A stretch of 63,582 nt of DNA, filler included, from Folioceros fuciformis (lineage: Eukaryota): the NCBI GenBank assembly GCA_049999805.1. It is 13 parts of 13 records of this genome, joined end to end, with 100 filler letters (N's around TTAATTAATTAA, not from the genome) between each part and the next. Parts side by side here need not be neighbours in the genome. Positions count along the whole stretch, not along the records: positions 29,100 to 36,015 come from JBNGIO010002125.1; positions 36,116 to 38,071 come from JBNGIO010002126.1; positions 38,172 to 48,225 come from JBNGIO010002127.1; 10 more parts are not named here. One strand, given 5' to 3'. The position numbers and the translations under genes are program-made. Of the stretch, positions 34,726 through 48,225 are shown piece by piece. The notes under the pieces were generated by a model. The model was not told the DNA's origin. It saw only the letters and a list, made by a program, of their open reading frames with translations, and ran no database searches. Position 1 is the stretch's first letter. Each line of letters starts with the position of its first letter.

Positions 34726-36015
34726 TCAGACAGCAGTCTTCAATAGAGATTGTAACGATGTCACGATGTCATCTGCGGACATCTCACAGCCATCCTCCAT
34801 CTGCGAGAGTGCCATATTTCAGGAGTCAGGTGTCACCACGAAGTCTTCCCCAAAGCTTCCATTGTCTAGAGTCTCTCGAGTTCCGTATAGTGCAAGGCAG
34901 AGGCATACACGAAAGGAGTTTGCACCTAGGGTGCAGTGGCATCAGTGATGACAAACGGCAGCAGTTTACCTGGGCACTGAATGTCAGCTCGTGCGATGTT
35001 TCCGTGAAGGAAAGTATGTTGGCATTCATCACCACTAACTGCAAATTTTCGAGCTCCGCCAAGGCCTTGGGCAGAAGACCTTTCTTCTTCTCACAGTGGA
35101 TGCGGATCAGCACGTTCTTGTCGATCATGCGAGCCTCGATCTCAGGAGGTTGCTCGGTTACATCTGAGATCTCTTCGGATTCACCTGCCACGTCCTCGGT
35201 GGTTGAGCTCTTGGCCTCCTTACAAGAAGCTGCAATTAGCCTGACTGACGAGACAGAGCGCACTCGCTTGGGAGCCTGTTCCTCCATGGTCTTGAGGCGC
35301 TCCTGTAACTGCTTAACATACTTGATCGCATCTCCCAAAACGGAGGCCTTATCCATCTGGATAATCAACGGGGCCCCAGGCGGTATAACGATTCACAAAA
35401 ATGGTGAGAAGGTAGGAGACCATAAAAGATGACAGTGCAGTACCAGAGACTTGGACGACAAGGTCCAAGGACATACCTTCTTCAGACCTGGAACTATCGC
35501 CGACAAGGCAATGAAGCGCTGGCTAAGCTTTTCTCGTCGTTTACGCTCCGCCATGATGTGATCCTGTGTGTGTCCAGATCCCTTGGTTGGTACAGCCGGC
35601 GCCTTCACCTCCGCGTTCACTCTGAGGACGTTCAAGTCTGGATTGTAGACTTCCGGCTTGTGCCTGCCCCTAATAGATTCGGTGGGCGACAGGGGCATTT
35701 CCCCACGAGGCGCGCCCGAGCTGAGAGTTTCATGAGAAATCCCCTCTGTGACGCTGTCCAGAACGGCTGATCCCGGTGAGCCGCCCAGCTCCGGCTGGGT
35801 AGAAGGAGTCCTGGGTGCTCCAGTTTCCTGAATCTCATCTCGCATCTTGGCACCGAAGGCCTGCATGTGCAACTGCTGGGACAGAGAGTGATGCTGGTTC
35901 GTGTGCTGTTGCAAGTGATGCAGCTGCTGGTGCGGTTGTTGGTAAAATTGGTGCTGTCGAGCCCGCTGGAAAGCCACCGGCTGCGGCATACTGCTCTTCC
36001 CCACATAGCTCAAGT
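34726..36015 (-). CDS. bHLH transcription factor, subgroup IVa (bHLH18/19/20/25-like) with ACT-like C-terminus, 5'-truncated; exons >36015-35477, 35356-34970, 34800-34726
   Basis: QDHIMAERKRREKLSQRFIALSAIVPGLKK|MDKASVLGDAIKYVKQLQER; PEIEAR...VLIRIHCEK; last exon MEDGCEMSADDIVTSLQSLLKTAV*. Confidence 0.94.
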
Positions 36016-36115
36016 NNNNNNNNNNNNNNNNNNNNNNNNNNNNNNNNNNNNNNNNNNNNTTAATTAATTAANNNNNNNNNNNNNNNNNNNNNNNNNNNNN
36101 NNNNNNNNNNNNNNN

Positions 36116-38071
36116 GCCTTCTACTCTGGCAAAGGCAGAGGTAGAGCCCAAGGTGGCAGAGGGCAAAGAGGTGGTAGAGGTCAAAATTCCTACCAAAATC
36201 AGCAACAGAATCAGGAGTCCCAGTACAAGAGTACACGTGGAAGAGGAGAAAATTCTCAAGGCTGGGGGAGTCAAAGAGGACGTGGAAATCAACAACAAAA
36301 TGATGCAAATGAAAATAATAGTGGTTACTGGACTTCTGGTAGGTTAGACCACTTTGAAAGAGACTGTCCAAGGAGAAATCAAGGCAACAGGAGGCAGTAG
36401 AGCAATTATGCCTCTAGCAGTAGTCAGAATGACTCGGACAACTTGTTTGTCATGCAGCATATGCTTAACTCTGTGTCTGCTAATGGATCCACTAATGGTG
36501 AGATTGTGTGGTATGTGGACTCAGGAGCTTCAAACCACATGACATGCCATGGGGAGTGGTTCAAAGCAATGCAGGTGCTTGACAAACCTGGATATGTGGA
36601 AATTGGAGATGACACAACACATGCAATTGTGCATACAGGAACTGTACCTCCTAAGATGCAGGATGGCAAAGTGAAGTGCTTGGTAGATGTTCTTCACGTA
36701 CCCAACATCACAAAGAACTTGGTGTCAGTTGGGCAGATGGTTGAGCAAGGACTGCAGTTTAGGTTTACACCTGCAAGACTCTTTGTTGAAGAGTGCAAGA
36801 AAGGCGGTCGCCTGATTGCTCAAGGGCAGAAGGTTGGACGGATGTTCGCCTTGAACGTGGAGGTTCCTAAGCTGAAGTCAGCCATGTTTGCAAAGGGTAC
36901 AAGGGTAGTGACAGACCTAGAGATGTGGCACAAATGCATTGGACATGTAAATGTGCAGAAGTTGAAGGCCATGCAGCATCAGAAGGTTGTCACAGGCATA
37001 CCCAAGCTTACAGAAACTGGGCTGCAAGGTGTATGTGAAGCATGTCAACTTGGGAAACAGCCTAGGAATGCATTCCCCAAGATAAACATGTCAGCAAATA
37101 TGTGTTGGATGTTGTGCATTCAGATGTATGGGGTCCTACATAGACTGCATCAATCGGAGGATGCAAGTACTATGTGACCTTCATTGACGACCACACAAGG
37201 AAGGTGTGGGTCTATTTCATGAAAGAAAAAAATGAAGTGATCACTCATTTTCATACTTTCAAGGCGATGGTTGAGAAGGAGACAGGGAGGCACATCAAAT
37301 GCCTAAGATCTAATGGAGGGGGAGAGTACTTCTCTAGAGAGAGTCAGTTTATGCAGGTGCCAAGAAAGCCACATTTGGATGCAGTAAGGAGAACGTTGCG
37401 CTATGTGACGGCAACTATGGATCATACTCTCTTTTATGCTGTAGATTCAGAAATAAACTTGTGTGGGTACACAAATGCAGATTGGGCAGGCAGTGTTACA
37501 GATCGTAGATCTACAAGTGGATTCATATTTTCACTTGGGAGTGCAGCAATAACATGGAGTAGCAAGAAGCAGCCTACAGTGGCTTTGTCTAGTACAGAAG
37601 CTTAATACAGAGCCGCAGCAATGGCAGCGTGTGAAGTGACTTGGATTTGTAAGTTACTCGGAGATTTTGGATTGCAGGTCAACGACAAGGTTGTTATCTA
37701 CTGTGACAATCTTAGCAGCATACAATTGGCGCGAAACCCGTTTCATGCCAGGATGAAACACATTGAGGTACATTATCATTTTCTTCGAGAAAGGATTTTA
37801 TCTAGAGTTATTGATCTTGTGTATGTCAACATAGACGAGCAGATAGCCGATATATTTACTAAACCAATGGGAGTAGAGAAGCTGAAGAAATTCCGAGAAA
37901 TGTTAGGCATACAGATGCTATGTTGAGCTCGAGGGGGAGTGTTGAGTTATCGAGCTCTATATATAAGCTAAACTCATGTGGTGTTAGTTATTCCGGTTGG
38001 GTTCATACTAAACTAGTTCTAGTGAGTAATGAACTTAGGATAGTGTAGATTATCCCATATTGAACTTGGAA
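36116..38071 (+). mobile_element. Ty1/Copia element, internally deleted: gag knuckle remnant, protease, GAG-pre-integrase, partial integrase fused to RT end/RNase H, PPT and 3' LTR start (37940)
   Basis: WYVDSGASNHMT, WHKCIGH...CEACQLGKQ, FIDDHTRKVWVYF, GGEYFS, ADWAGSVTDRRSTSG, WSSKKQPTVALSSTEA, KHIEVHYHF, ADIFTK, then gagggggag-TGTTG. Confidence 0.95.
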
Positions 38072-38664
38072 NNNNNNNNNNNNNNNNNNNNNNNNNNNNN
38101 NNNNNNNNNNNNNNNTTAATTAATTAANNNNNNNNNNNNNNNNNNNNNNNNNNNNNNNNNNNNNNNNNNNNCAAAGCACGCATTGTTAGCTATCGTCCCG
38201 GTATACCGCCTCATTGGCCTCGGCAAACCGGTTGTTTCGGTCACACAGGCCGGAGCCGCAGGACGAAAGCAAGACATGAGCGGCTAATGGGCAAACGAAA
38301 TACTGTAGTGTAGGTCCCTTGGACCTGTCAGACTCGCCGATCTCCGCGTTATGCATTATTCCATGTCTTGGCTTCTAGACACCAAGAATGCAACTGCCTA
38401 TCTTTTTTTTAATAATTATAAATACGGTATGGATTAACGGTCGTCGGTCACGAGAAAGAAAATATATATTTTATTCATCATCCTCGTATATTAATCCTAT
38501 TGAAGTACCAGTATTTTCTATTCTTGAAAAAGAGATGGAAGAAAGTCCCATTTACTCCATAAATAAGAGGAACAACCTAAAACCACCTATTGCTCCTAAA
38601 ATGTTATGATAAGGAATAACAAAAATCCTACCTACTATTGCTGCAGAAGAAACTATTTGACCTA

Positions 38665-38980
38665 TGCTTGTTGTTGTTCTAAAAATCGCATTGGTCAATG
38701 TTCTTTGCAAAACAATAGATCCACGTTATTGAAGGAAGAATGCTTGTTATTGTTCTAAAACTCACATTGGTCAATGCTCTTTGCAAAGCAATGTATACAC
38801 GTTGTCGAAAGAAGAAATGTTTGTTGTTGTTCTAAAATTCACGTTAATCAATGCTCTTTGCAAAGCAATGGATACACGTTGTCGAAAGAAGAATGTTTGT
38901 TGTTGTTTTAAAAATCACATTGATCAATGTTGTTTGCAAAACAATGGATCTTTGCAATGGATAAACGTTGTCGAAAGAAG
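38665..38980. repeat. Tandem repeat of about 76 bp, 4 copies
   Basis: Units start near 38665, 38741, 38818, 38894; tg(c/t)ttgttgttgttctaaaa...tcaatgctctttgcaaagcaat...cacgttgtcgaaagaagaa. Confidence 0.88.
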
Positions 38981-39267
38981 GCCACCACAGAAGAAAGAGA
39001 AAGAGGAGAGCACAATTCTTATGACTCCGATAAACCTTGGCGCACTCCAAAGAAAATAAGCCATCCTTTGGACCCCTTGTAATGAAAAGGGAAACATATA
39101 GGCATTTGAAGTTGAAGAAGTTGTCTCGTGACATGTGATCCAACCCAACATCAGAATGTGATAGAAGCTAGCATATTGTGCAACAAAGATAGAGTTCATG
39201 CCAAATAATGAAAAGTTTCATAACATGAATTTGTAGCTGAGGAGAAAACCATCTTATTGCTAAAATA

Positions 39268-39484
39268 ACTTCAATATAATGCTAGGATGTCATCATGAAC
39301 TTGTTGAGGATAGTTGAGTGTTAACCATTGGCTGCAACTCCCACGATATGGTTGATATCATGCATTGGCCATAATTAGACAAATAACATATCATTTCAAT
39401 ATGTTGTGGATTTTGACAACACAAATAGCCACAACTAATGCCATATCAATACGTTCGTTAGACCCACAAAAACAAATGGGTTGC
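39268..39484. repeat. Direct repeat of about 215 bp; second copy at 42293-42508
   Basis: acttcaatataatgctaggatgtcatcatgaactt...cgttagacccacaaaaacaa in both copies. Confidence 0.9.
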
Positions 39485-40345
39485 CACTAGCATAGTATTA
39501 GGCCACTGCGACATGTTTCTTTGTTTTGAGGAATTTGCTAATCTCTCATTTTGAAAATATTTTGTTAATATAATATTACATCTTGCCCTCTTGTTCTACA
39601 ACGCTTAAGTTATGTGTTTGGTTGTCCACTTTATTATGCTCATACAAATCCCTCTTTGGGACTTCATTATCTTCAATTAGATCAAATATCTTGTATAGGT
39701 TGAACTTCCAAGACATGAAATTCTAAATGCCCCTCCACAAGACTAGTGAAAAATCAATCAAGCACATGCGGTAACACCTTTCTCTATATAGCCAAAAAAA
39801 AAGAAAAGCAATATGATACTATAAAAGATATTGAAAGCACACGAGGTCAAAGTTTGGCATGACCGCATCCTTGCATTGACAGCCCAATTCTTTCCACCAT
39901 TCGTAGCATGCCACATCCGCAACTTAACCTACTACAAATAGTTAATGTGATGTCTAATAAGGTTAAATGATCATTAATATTTTAAATAAAATATTATCAA
40001 ATACTTAAAAAAAACAGCTAGAGAGATGCATGTATGAAAACGTGTTGCAGACTGGCTACGAGTGATAGTAAGACTTAATGGTTTAGAGCTTAACAAAGGT
40101 CTACTTTATGCTATTACTAAAGAATAATGTTAGACGTGAGTAGTAAGTTGATTTAGTTGATAACTTAAGAAAGCTATGCTTAAGCCAGTAACTAAAGAGT
40201 AACATCAAACCTTGATGTAAAAGGGGCCTAGCCCATGATTTAGGGTTTTAGGGTTTGGGAGCATAGAGTGGTAAGACAACATCGTTCATGGGAGACTATA
40301 ATCTCTCTTTGTCTCTCTCTCTATCTATTTAAGCAAAGACGAGTT

Positions 40346-40605
40346 CTCTATAAGCTCTTGCCTTCTCTCCAAGCTCTTGCGTTATCTTCAAGCTCTTAGG
40401 TTCTTTCCACGCTCTCAGGTTCTCTCCAAGCTTTCAAGTTCTCTCCGAGCTTTTAGGTTCTCTCCAAGCTTTCGGGTCCTCTCCAAGCTCTCAGGTCCTT
40501 TCCAAGCTCTCGGGTTCTCTTCAAGCTCTCGAGTTCTCTCCAAGCTCTCAGGTTCTCTTCAACCTCTCGGGATCTCTTTGAGCTCTCAAGTTCTCTCTAA
40601 ATTCT
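40346..40605. repeat. 19-bp minisatellite, about 13 copies
   Basis: Consensus ctctccaagctctcaggtt. Confidence 0.9.
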
Positions 40606-41063
40606 CGTGCATTTTTCATGATTCAATGATAAGGAGGCGCTTCTTGAGAACTTATAATGCTAAGGGGCCATAGGTTGTGGAAGCCTGAAGTGCTCTCTCT
40701 TTGTAAGGGTTTTTTTAGGCAAAGACGAGGAATTTTGGTGAGTTCTCTCTTACCTTGTGTGCATTCTCATTGACTCATGGTGAGTAATAAGCAGTAGCAT
40801 AATAAAAAATGCTAACTACTAGTCCTCCTCGGATAGGAGGCCCGGTAGGCTACTTTGAGGCCTAATGCTTATGTTAGGTATTTGGTGTCTTCCATGTTGT
40901 TGGCAGGCAGTTAGTTGATAATTCAAGGAAAGGAATTATATTTTTTGGTACCTCATGTTTGTATATAAACAAGTTAGCTTCATAGTCCTAGATAAATTGT
41001 TCTCATACATATAACAAACACAAGGGGAATCTTAGGTGCCCAACATATTTTTGTTCGATCAAA

Positions 41064-41798
41064 ATGACAAAGTCATTAGCCTTAAAGGGTTTAGAAGGTG
41101 ACGCAATTCAGGTTGATTCTTCATACTCTGAGTTGTCAAATTCTAAGATAAATAACTCATTTAAAGATGTCATAATTACTCCACCTCAATGTCTTCCAGA
41201 TGATTTTCCTAGCCCAACAGTTAGGGCAAAAGAGTCAGGATATGGGTGGCCATATGCCTTAATGCCTTGGCCAGGTCTTGGGGATGAATGGACATGGAAA
41301 GGTTTTGGTAAGCCTCAAAAGTGTAATCCATATTGGGCGAGTAGATCTGTAACTGCTCCACAAGCATTTTACAAGAGAGGGGAAAGAAGGAAGAGCTTTA
41401 AGAGCAAAGAAAACATTTGCAGATATTTAAAAGAAAATTATCCACAAATACATTCAGATGACTTCTTAGTATCTATTCAATGGAAGATACCTATCAAAAT
41501 TGAGGATCACTCTATTGGTGAGGTACAAATGGAGATAAAATCAATATCCAAGACAATGCATGAACAACAAAACCTACTTCCCAACATCTTAAAGTCTATG
41601 TCAACTCCCTCTTCCTTGAAGAGATCATGTGAGGAGTCAAATACTTTTTTTGAAAACAAGAAAGCCTCAAAAAATTGTAGACAAGTTGCAGATCAATGTA
41701 CTGTAAATATGCCATCTTCCCAAGAGATATTTGAAGAACATAATTGTCCAATGAGATTTTTGAAGAAAAGGGAGATACCGTGGCTATTGAGCCATTGA
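41064..41798 (+). CDS. AT-rich intronless ORF with a plant SGxG(L/W)PYA..WP.(P/L)GD.W.W domain (DUF7081-like, MBD-like); possibly TE-borne or decaying
   Basis: ESGYGWPYALMPWPGLGDEWTWK...SFKSKENICRYLKENYP...DDFLVSIQWKIP matches my recollection of the At1g05410/At3g22520 N-terminal domain; coding-like sequence continues in another frame with stops. Confidence 0.55.
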   Translation: MTKSLALKGLEGDAIQVDSSYSELSNSKINNSFKDVIITPPQCLPDDFPSPTVRAKESGYGWPYALMPWPGLGDEWTWKGFGKPQKCNPYWASRSVTAPQAFYKRGERRKSFKSKENICRYLKENYPQIHSDDFLVSIQWKIPIKIEDHSIGEVQMEIKSISKTMHEQQNLLPNILKSMSTPSSLKRSCEESNTFFENKKASKNCRQVADQCTVNMPSSQEIFEEHNCPMRFLKKREIPWLLSH

Positions 41799-43363
41799 AG
41801 AAAGGCTTAAATAGGGAAGAAACACTTGATGAAAAGTCAAGTGACAAAAGACATTCAAACTAGGACTTAAGCCACAAAGAAGAAAACATTAAAAGCTTAG
41901 AGAACAGAAGGGATTCAGACGAATTCAGATAAAAGTTTAAGCAACGAAGAAAACTTAATGATGAGTCAAATAAAACTTAATAATGAGTCAAATATTGAAC
42001 AAAGTACTGGACAAAATATTAAAGAGAATGTCAACGGAGAACTAAATTAAGATTATGAAGATTCAAATTATTCTCAATCAGTAAAGCAAACTCATGAACA
42101 CTTGATCAATAGTTAAATTTATGACAATTAAATGCTGCTATGATAATTTATAAATGATTGATGTAAGAATTATGCTTCATGTGTATGCAAACGCAAGGAA
42201 ATAAATTTTTTGTTTGCTATTTTTGCAATAGTTTTCATTACCATAGAGTTTACTTCTAGTCCATATTTCAATAAAAAAATATTTATCACGTGACTTCAAT
42301 ATAATGCTAGGATGTCATCATGAACTTATTGAGGATAGTTGAGTGTTAACCATTGGCCGCCACTCCCACGATATGGTCGATATCATGCATTGGCCATAAT
42401 TAAACAAATAACATACCATTTTAATATGTTGTGGATTTTGACAACACAAATAGCCACAGTTAATGCCATATCAATACGCTCGTTAGACCCACAAAAACAA
42501 TGGATTGCTACATCTTCCTAAGGATGCAAAACCTAAATATGTTGAAATGTTAAACTTAAAGTTGTCTCACATTGCACAACATTAGCTAAAGTTGAATTCT
42601 CTTGCCCTTATATGGGTTTCCTTTTATTTTGTGACTGTTAATCCGATACATGATTAACAATGGATGAATGCTTAGTCTAATATAGACCCTATCTTGGGTG
42701 GGATACATAAGTTTTGCCTTGTCTTTTCCAAATGCAAAAGCATCCAATCTCCTTGAAATGCTTCCATGTTTCTTGTTAATAACTAGGACCTAAAGGAAGA
42801 GAAGGACAACAAAAGAAAGAAAAAAAGTTGGATTCATATTCAATGAACTTGCATTAAAAACACATTCAAGAGACCTTGGATTAAGCCAATGGCTAGTTAG
42901 TTAATCTAGATGTAGAGTTAACGGAAAGTAACATAAAATTTAAATCTAAAAATGGGAGGTGTGAAATCGGAGGAAGATCCAAACGACGATCTCAGCCACA
43001 TAATTTGCGTGCTTGGCATCAGAGGCGAGGGAGTTATAGGAATTTTGAGTTAAAATTGTGCGTAAATCTCGATAACGAGTATGTACGTATGTGTGTACAG
43101 GGGGCCTTATCTGCGGGGGACGAGATTGCGAAATTATAATGTGGCCGGTTAGCGAGGGGACAGCCAATGGAGCAACGCTACGACAGAGTGACGACGTAAG
43201 CCGGGCGGGAGGTAATTCCAGGGAAAAGGGAGATGGGAATGTGAGGAGGAGAATCAGGAGACGAGAGCAGAGGAGAGGAAAGCAGAGGAGGAGCAAAGCA
43301 AAGCAAGCCAAGGGAAGGGAGGCAAGGAAGAAAAAAAATCCCAGAAGGATTTGAGCGGAGACG

Positions 43364-46300
43364 ATGGCGAGTGCGCTGTCGTCGGCGGCTATGGCTGCCC
43401 GGCCTGCTGGCCCGGCGGTCACACTCTGCTCGGCCTCGCCCATGGGTACGTACCTGCGTCTGTGCTGCTGAATGCAGGGGATTGGAATGAAGGCATTTTT
43501 GGCAGCGTCCGCTCACCGTCCTCGTGCCGCTTGTTGTGGTGCCAGTGTCGCAGCAGCAGGCGGGCTCAAGCAAGCCGGCGCTTCCCAAGCCTGTGCCTCC
43601 TGCTCCTTACGCGCCCGCGCCTGTTCCTCCCATTGCGGTTCCTCCGGCCCGACCGGCTGTACAACAGCAGCAACAGCAAGAGCAGCAGCAGCCGCCGCAG
43701 CAGCTGCAGTATGGCAGGGATGTGGCTGCCGCAAAGCAGGCGATGGAGCAGGGCCGGGCCCCTCCCGCCACGCGCTTGGTGCTGAACAAGGCGGCCAGGG
43801 ACCCGCCCCCGGCGTCTCTTCGGCTGCCGGGGAGGATTCGCGCGCCTGAGCCTGATGCCGCGTCTGTACAGTCGCTCGATCAGATTCTGGACCATGTTGA
43901 GAAGGGGTTCCAGTCAGAGCTCCTCAACCGACAGCAGCAGGCTGGTACTGGTCTCGCGAGTGTGTTAGGGTTTGATGATGTTTGTGCTGGGAGGACAGGA
44001 CAGGAGTGGATTGGATTGGATTTTCTTGTGTTTGGTTGAATTTCCCCCATTGGTGTTGCTGAATTGAGTTGCTTGCCCGGCCCAGGCTTCTGCTGCAGAG
44101 TCGTGAATCGTCTCTACTTCGTTTTGGACCTGATTGAGCCTGGAGCTCGGTTGTGGACATTGCAGGCCTTTCTTCTAGTTCAGGTACCTCAGCAGGAGCT
44201 GCAGCAGGGACCTCGACAGCATCTTCAGGAGGGAACTATTCAGGGTCTCCAGCAGGGACGTATTCAGGGACTCCAGGAGGGTCCTCCTATTCAGGGCCTC
44301 CAGCGGGCTCTTCGTATTCAGGCTCTGCAGCAGGGGCAGGGACAGGGACAGGGACAGGGACATCTTCAGGAGCTCCAGCGGGTCGGGACTTCAGGACTCC
44401 CTCAGGACCTCCACCCGGGCGAGACTTCAGAAACAGACCGTCTGCCGCCCCTGGAGCTCCTTGGAGGGCAAGGGTGGACGAACCCAGGGTGAACCAGGAA
44501 CCCCCGTCGGGAGCAGCACCGCCTACACCGGGGCCAGTGCCACCCCCGATGCGTGATCTCAATCTGAATGGTATCCAAACTGACCAAGGTTTCAGGCCAG
44601 AACCGAGGAGGACAACCATAGTAAAGCCGGTGCTGCCCCGAAGGCCTGCCCCGGAGGGCCCTTATGCACCGCCACCCAGACCCCGTGGTGTTCTGCAAAG
44701 GCCCGCTCCCCCTCCTAGGCCGGCCAGGCCTAGTGGGCCTATTTTGAGAGATGTAGGCGCTGCACCGCAGCCACCAGCTAGACCTCCTCCTAGTGGTGCT
44801 TCCAGTGGCCCCATTTTGAGAGATGTTGGTGCTGCTCCAAGGCCTAAGGCCGTGGACCCAGTGCTAGCAACGGCGGCTGTGGCTGTACCTCCCAAGTTCA
44901 CCAAGTCAGCGCCTGCCAAGGGCAAAGAGGACTGGCGGAAGAAGGCCAGTGCTAATTCGGCAGTTGACGGTGCTAACAAGCGGAAAACAGCTGCACTACG
45001 AGATAAGAGTACAGATGTCGGGACTGGGGACATCGACATTCCTGGGGTTGGCCTTGGTCGCGGTAGGAAGTTCACCAAGGCTACCCGCAAGGCTGCCCGG
45101 AATGAAGCTGCCAGGGCAGCTGCACCTGTGAAGGTAGACATTCTTGAAGTAGGGAAACAGGGGCTATCAGTTGCAGAGTTGGCCTCGAAACTGGCTGTCA
45201 ATGAAGGAGAGGTGGTGAAGGCTCTATTTTTGAAGGGGATCCCAATCACTGTAAATCAGATTCTTGACGAGGACACTGTAAAACTTGTTTGCAACGAGTT
45301 TGACGTTGAGGTTATAGAAGCAGGTGTTGTGGAAATCAAGGATTTGGCTAAGAAAAATGTCGAGTTTGTGAACGAAGACGACTTGGACTCTCTGCAAGTG
45401 AGACCACCAGTAGTCACGGTCATGGGCCATGTGGATCACGGCAAGGTAAACGCTTTGTGGGGACAACCAGGACTGGAGTTCAGGATTGTTCATTTTTCTA
45501 TTTCAACATCCTGCGCAGCAGTTTCTGCAAGATGAGGAGGTGTTTTGCTGAACGAGATTGGTTGTCTGTTGTATCTATCTGCAGACCTCCTTGCTGGACT
45601 ACATCAGGACAACAAAAGTATGTGCTCAGTTTATCAGGAGTATTCATTCGGCTTTTAAAGCTCCCATGAGATGTGCATTTCTGACGCTACGTTTCACTTT
45701 CAGGTCGCTGCCTCTGAAGCAGGCGGTATTACTCAAGGTATAGGAGCGTATAGGGTGCCTGTTGAATATGGAGGTGGACAGCAGTCTTGTGTGTTCATCG
45801 ACACCCCAGGGCATGAGGTGCTGCTACATTCTCAGGCCTTTCCCTTCTAATAGTTCGTCCGCCAGACACATCGGACTCATGGGGTGAATGACCTGTGACA
45901 GGCTTTCAGTGCTATGCGAGCTAGAGGTGCACGAGTCACAGATATTGCAATCATTGTAGTTGCTGCAGACGATGGAGTGCGACCTCAAACGTTGGAAGCA
46001 ATTGCACATGCCAAAGCTGCAAAAGTTCCGATGGTGTTCGCATTGAACAAGGTTTCTTGACTGATCCACGTCTTGAAGTATATGCCCCTCTTATGTCTCC
46101 GCTTGCCGTGTCCTGACTTTGTTGAACTCTATGCTGTGCGGATCAGCAAGTCTCTAAGCTTCTTAGGATGTGACTGGAGGTTGAATTGCTGAAGGCTGCC
46201 TGTTTGAGCCTGCAGTGCGACAAGGATGGGGCGAATCCTGAGCGTGTGAAGCAGGAGCTTGCTAACAATGGCATTCTTCCTGAGGAGTGGGGCGGTGATA

Positions 46301-48225
46301 CTCCAATGGTTGAGGTAATTATGCGCAGTGGTTCACAAGTCTGGTGACTATCCTTTGGCTCCTTTGTGATTGTTACTTAAGTCTGCTGAAGTATTACTGA
46401 TATGCACATGCGTTCTCCGTCTTGTTGTAGGTTAGTGCTTTGACTGGAGACAATATCGATTCATTGCTGGAGAACGTGATGCTCGTAGCCGAGGTGACTT
46501 TCAGCGGCTTTACTTGTCATGTGAGATGTACGTTCAACACTTTTGTAGTAAGAGGAGCTAATAATAGCTGGTCCCTTGCCGTTGCAGTTTCAAGAACTGA
46601 AGGCCAACCCTGCGTCTCATGCCAAAGGAACTGTACTCGAGTCCAGTCTGGATAAGGCGCGAGGAGTTCTTTGCACTTTATTGGTCCAGAATGGCACGCT
46701 TAGACAGGGTGATGTTGTTCTTTCCGGAGAGTCTTATGGAAAGGTTTGCTTCTTCACTCAAGCACACATTCTACGCTTGCTTTAGTTTTGAAACTGGGTT
46801 GTCACATGCTAGTATTGCATGCTCTTTGGCTGGATGCTGCTGATGTCATTGTCACGACGGGCAGTCATGTTCTGTTGTTGGGTCTGCAGGTTCGCGCTCT
46901 GTTGGATGACACAGGTGCAAGAGTTGATGAGGCTGGGCCATCCACTGCTGTACAGGTGTGGAGTCCACGTGGAATTTGATCTTGTGTTCTGCTTGATAAC
47001 TTTGGTTATAGTGGTTCCGAGGTATAAGTTCTAGCTCACATGTGTGAAGATCAAAAGCCCTCACAGCCTCTGATTTCGTGAAATGGGCCTGCGTTTCAGG
47101 TAATAGGGTTTAGTAGGGTTCCATGGGCGGGAGATTCATTCGAGGTTCTCACCTCCCTGGACGAGGCCCGAGAAAGAGCTAACGAACAGGCGGAGTTATT
47201 GCGGGTAGCCCGCCTGGCTGCTCAGGCTGGGGAAGGAAAAGTGACACTCACATCCGGAGCATCGAACCAAGCAACTGGTCTGGAAAAGCATCAGCTCAAC
47301 GTGATCTTGAAGGTCGATGCACAGGTACTTCAATTTCGGCCCACATCAGTCTGATTACTGCACCTTCACAAATGCCTGCTATGTTTCGAAATGTCCTCGG
47401 GGAGCCTGCCGCTCTACGAGTCTCCTTATTGAAAGTGGGATGTTGTTGACACTGCAGGGATCAATTGAGCCCATCAGGGAAGCTCTGCAGGTTTTGCCGC
47501 AAAATACAGTGTCACTCCGTTTCCTGGCACAAGAGGCAGGTGACATCTCCACCAGTGAAATCGATCTCGCGGTTGCGAGTGACGCCCTGGTGCTGGGCTT
47601 CAACGTCGGACTACAACCCGGTGTCCAAACTCAGGCTGATTCTGAGGGCGTCTCTGTCTGTGTCTACCGGGTCATCTATGATCTCGTGGACGAGGTCCGG
47701 AAGCGCATGGAAGGCCTGCTCAACGTTGTCCAGGTATGCATTTCTCGCCAGGGTTGTGGGATACTGCCTCCTCTTCCACTTCACTTCAGCGTCGTAAACT
47801 CCAACCTGACTCCGTTCCGTTCCCTCTTGCAGGAACAAGTACCCCTGGGTAAAGCCGAGGTACGAGCTGTGTTTGGCAGTGGGAGCTCGAAGGTGGCTGG
47901 CTGCATTGTGACGGAGGGGAAGCTCGTCAAGGGCTGTAGCCTAGCGGTTTCCCGAGGTGGCGAGATCGTGCACACCGGCACTCTCGACTCACTTCGACGA
48001 GTGAAGGAGAGCGCAAAGGAGGTACTGTCTCGGTCGTCCTTCCTCCGTCCCTGTCCTTCCCTTTTCGTCCGTAGTGGCAACCACACAACCTTTCTCACTA
48101 CTGGACACTCTACTGTGCATGTGCAGGTTGTTGCCGGCCTAGAATGCGGGGTGGGAGTGGATGATTTCCTGGAATGGAAAGAAGGAGACTTAATCGACGC
48201 CTACAATCTTGTGGAGAAGAAGAGG
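43364..48225 (+). CDS. FUG1: Plastid translation initiation factor IF-2, multi-exon, last codons lost in gap
   Basis: Ala/Ser-rich transit peptide; [85 protein letters not shown]. Confidence 0.95.

Noticed and set aside
39268-42508. 215-bp direct repeats as an LTR pair
   Set aside because: No shared TG...CA ends, PBS or PPT.
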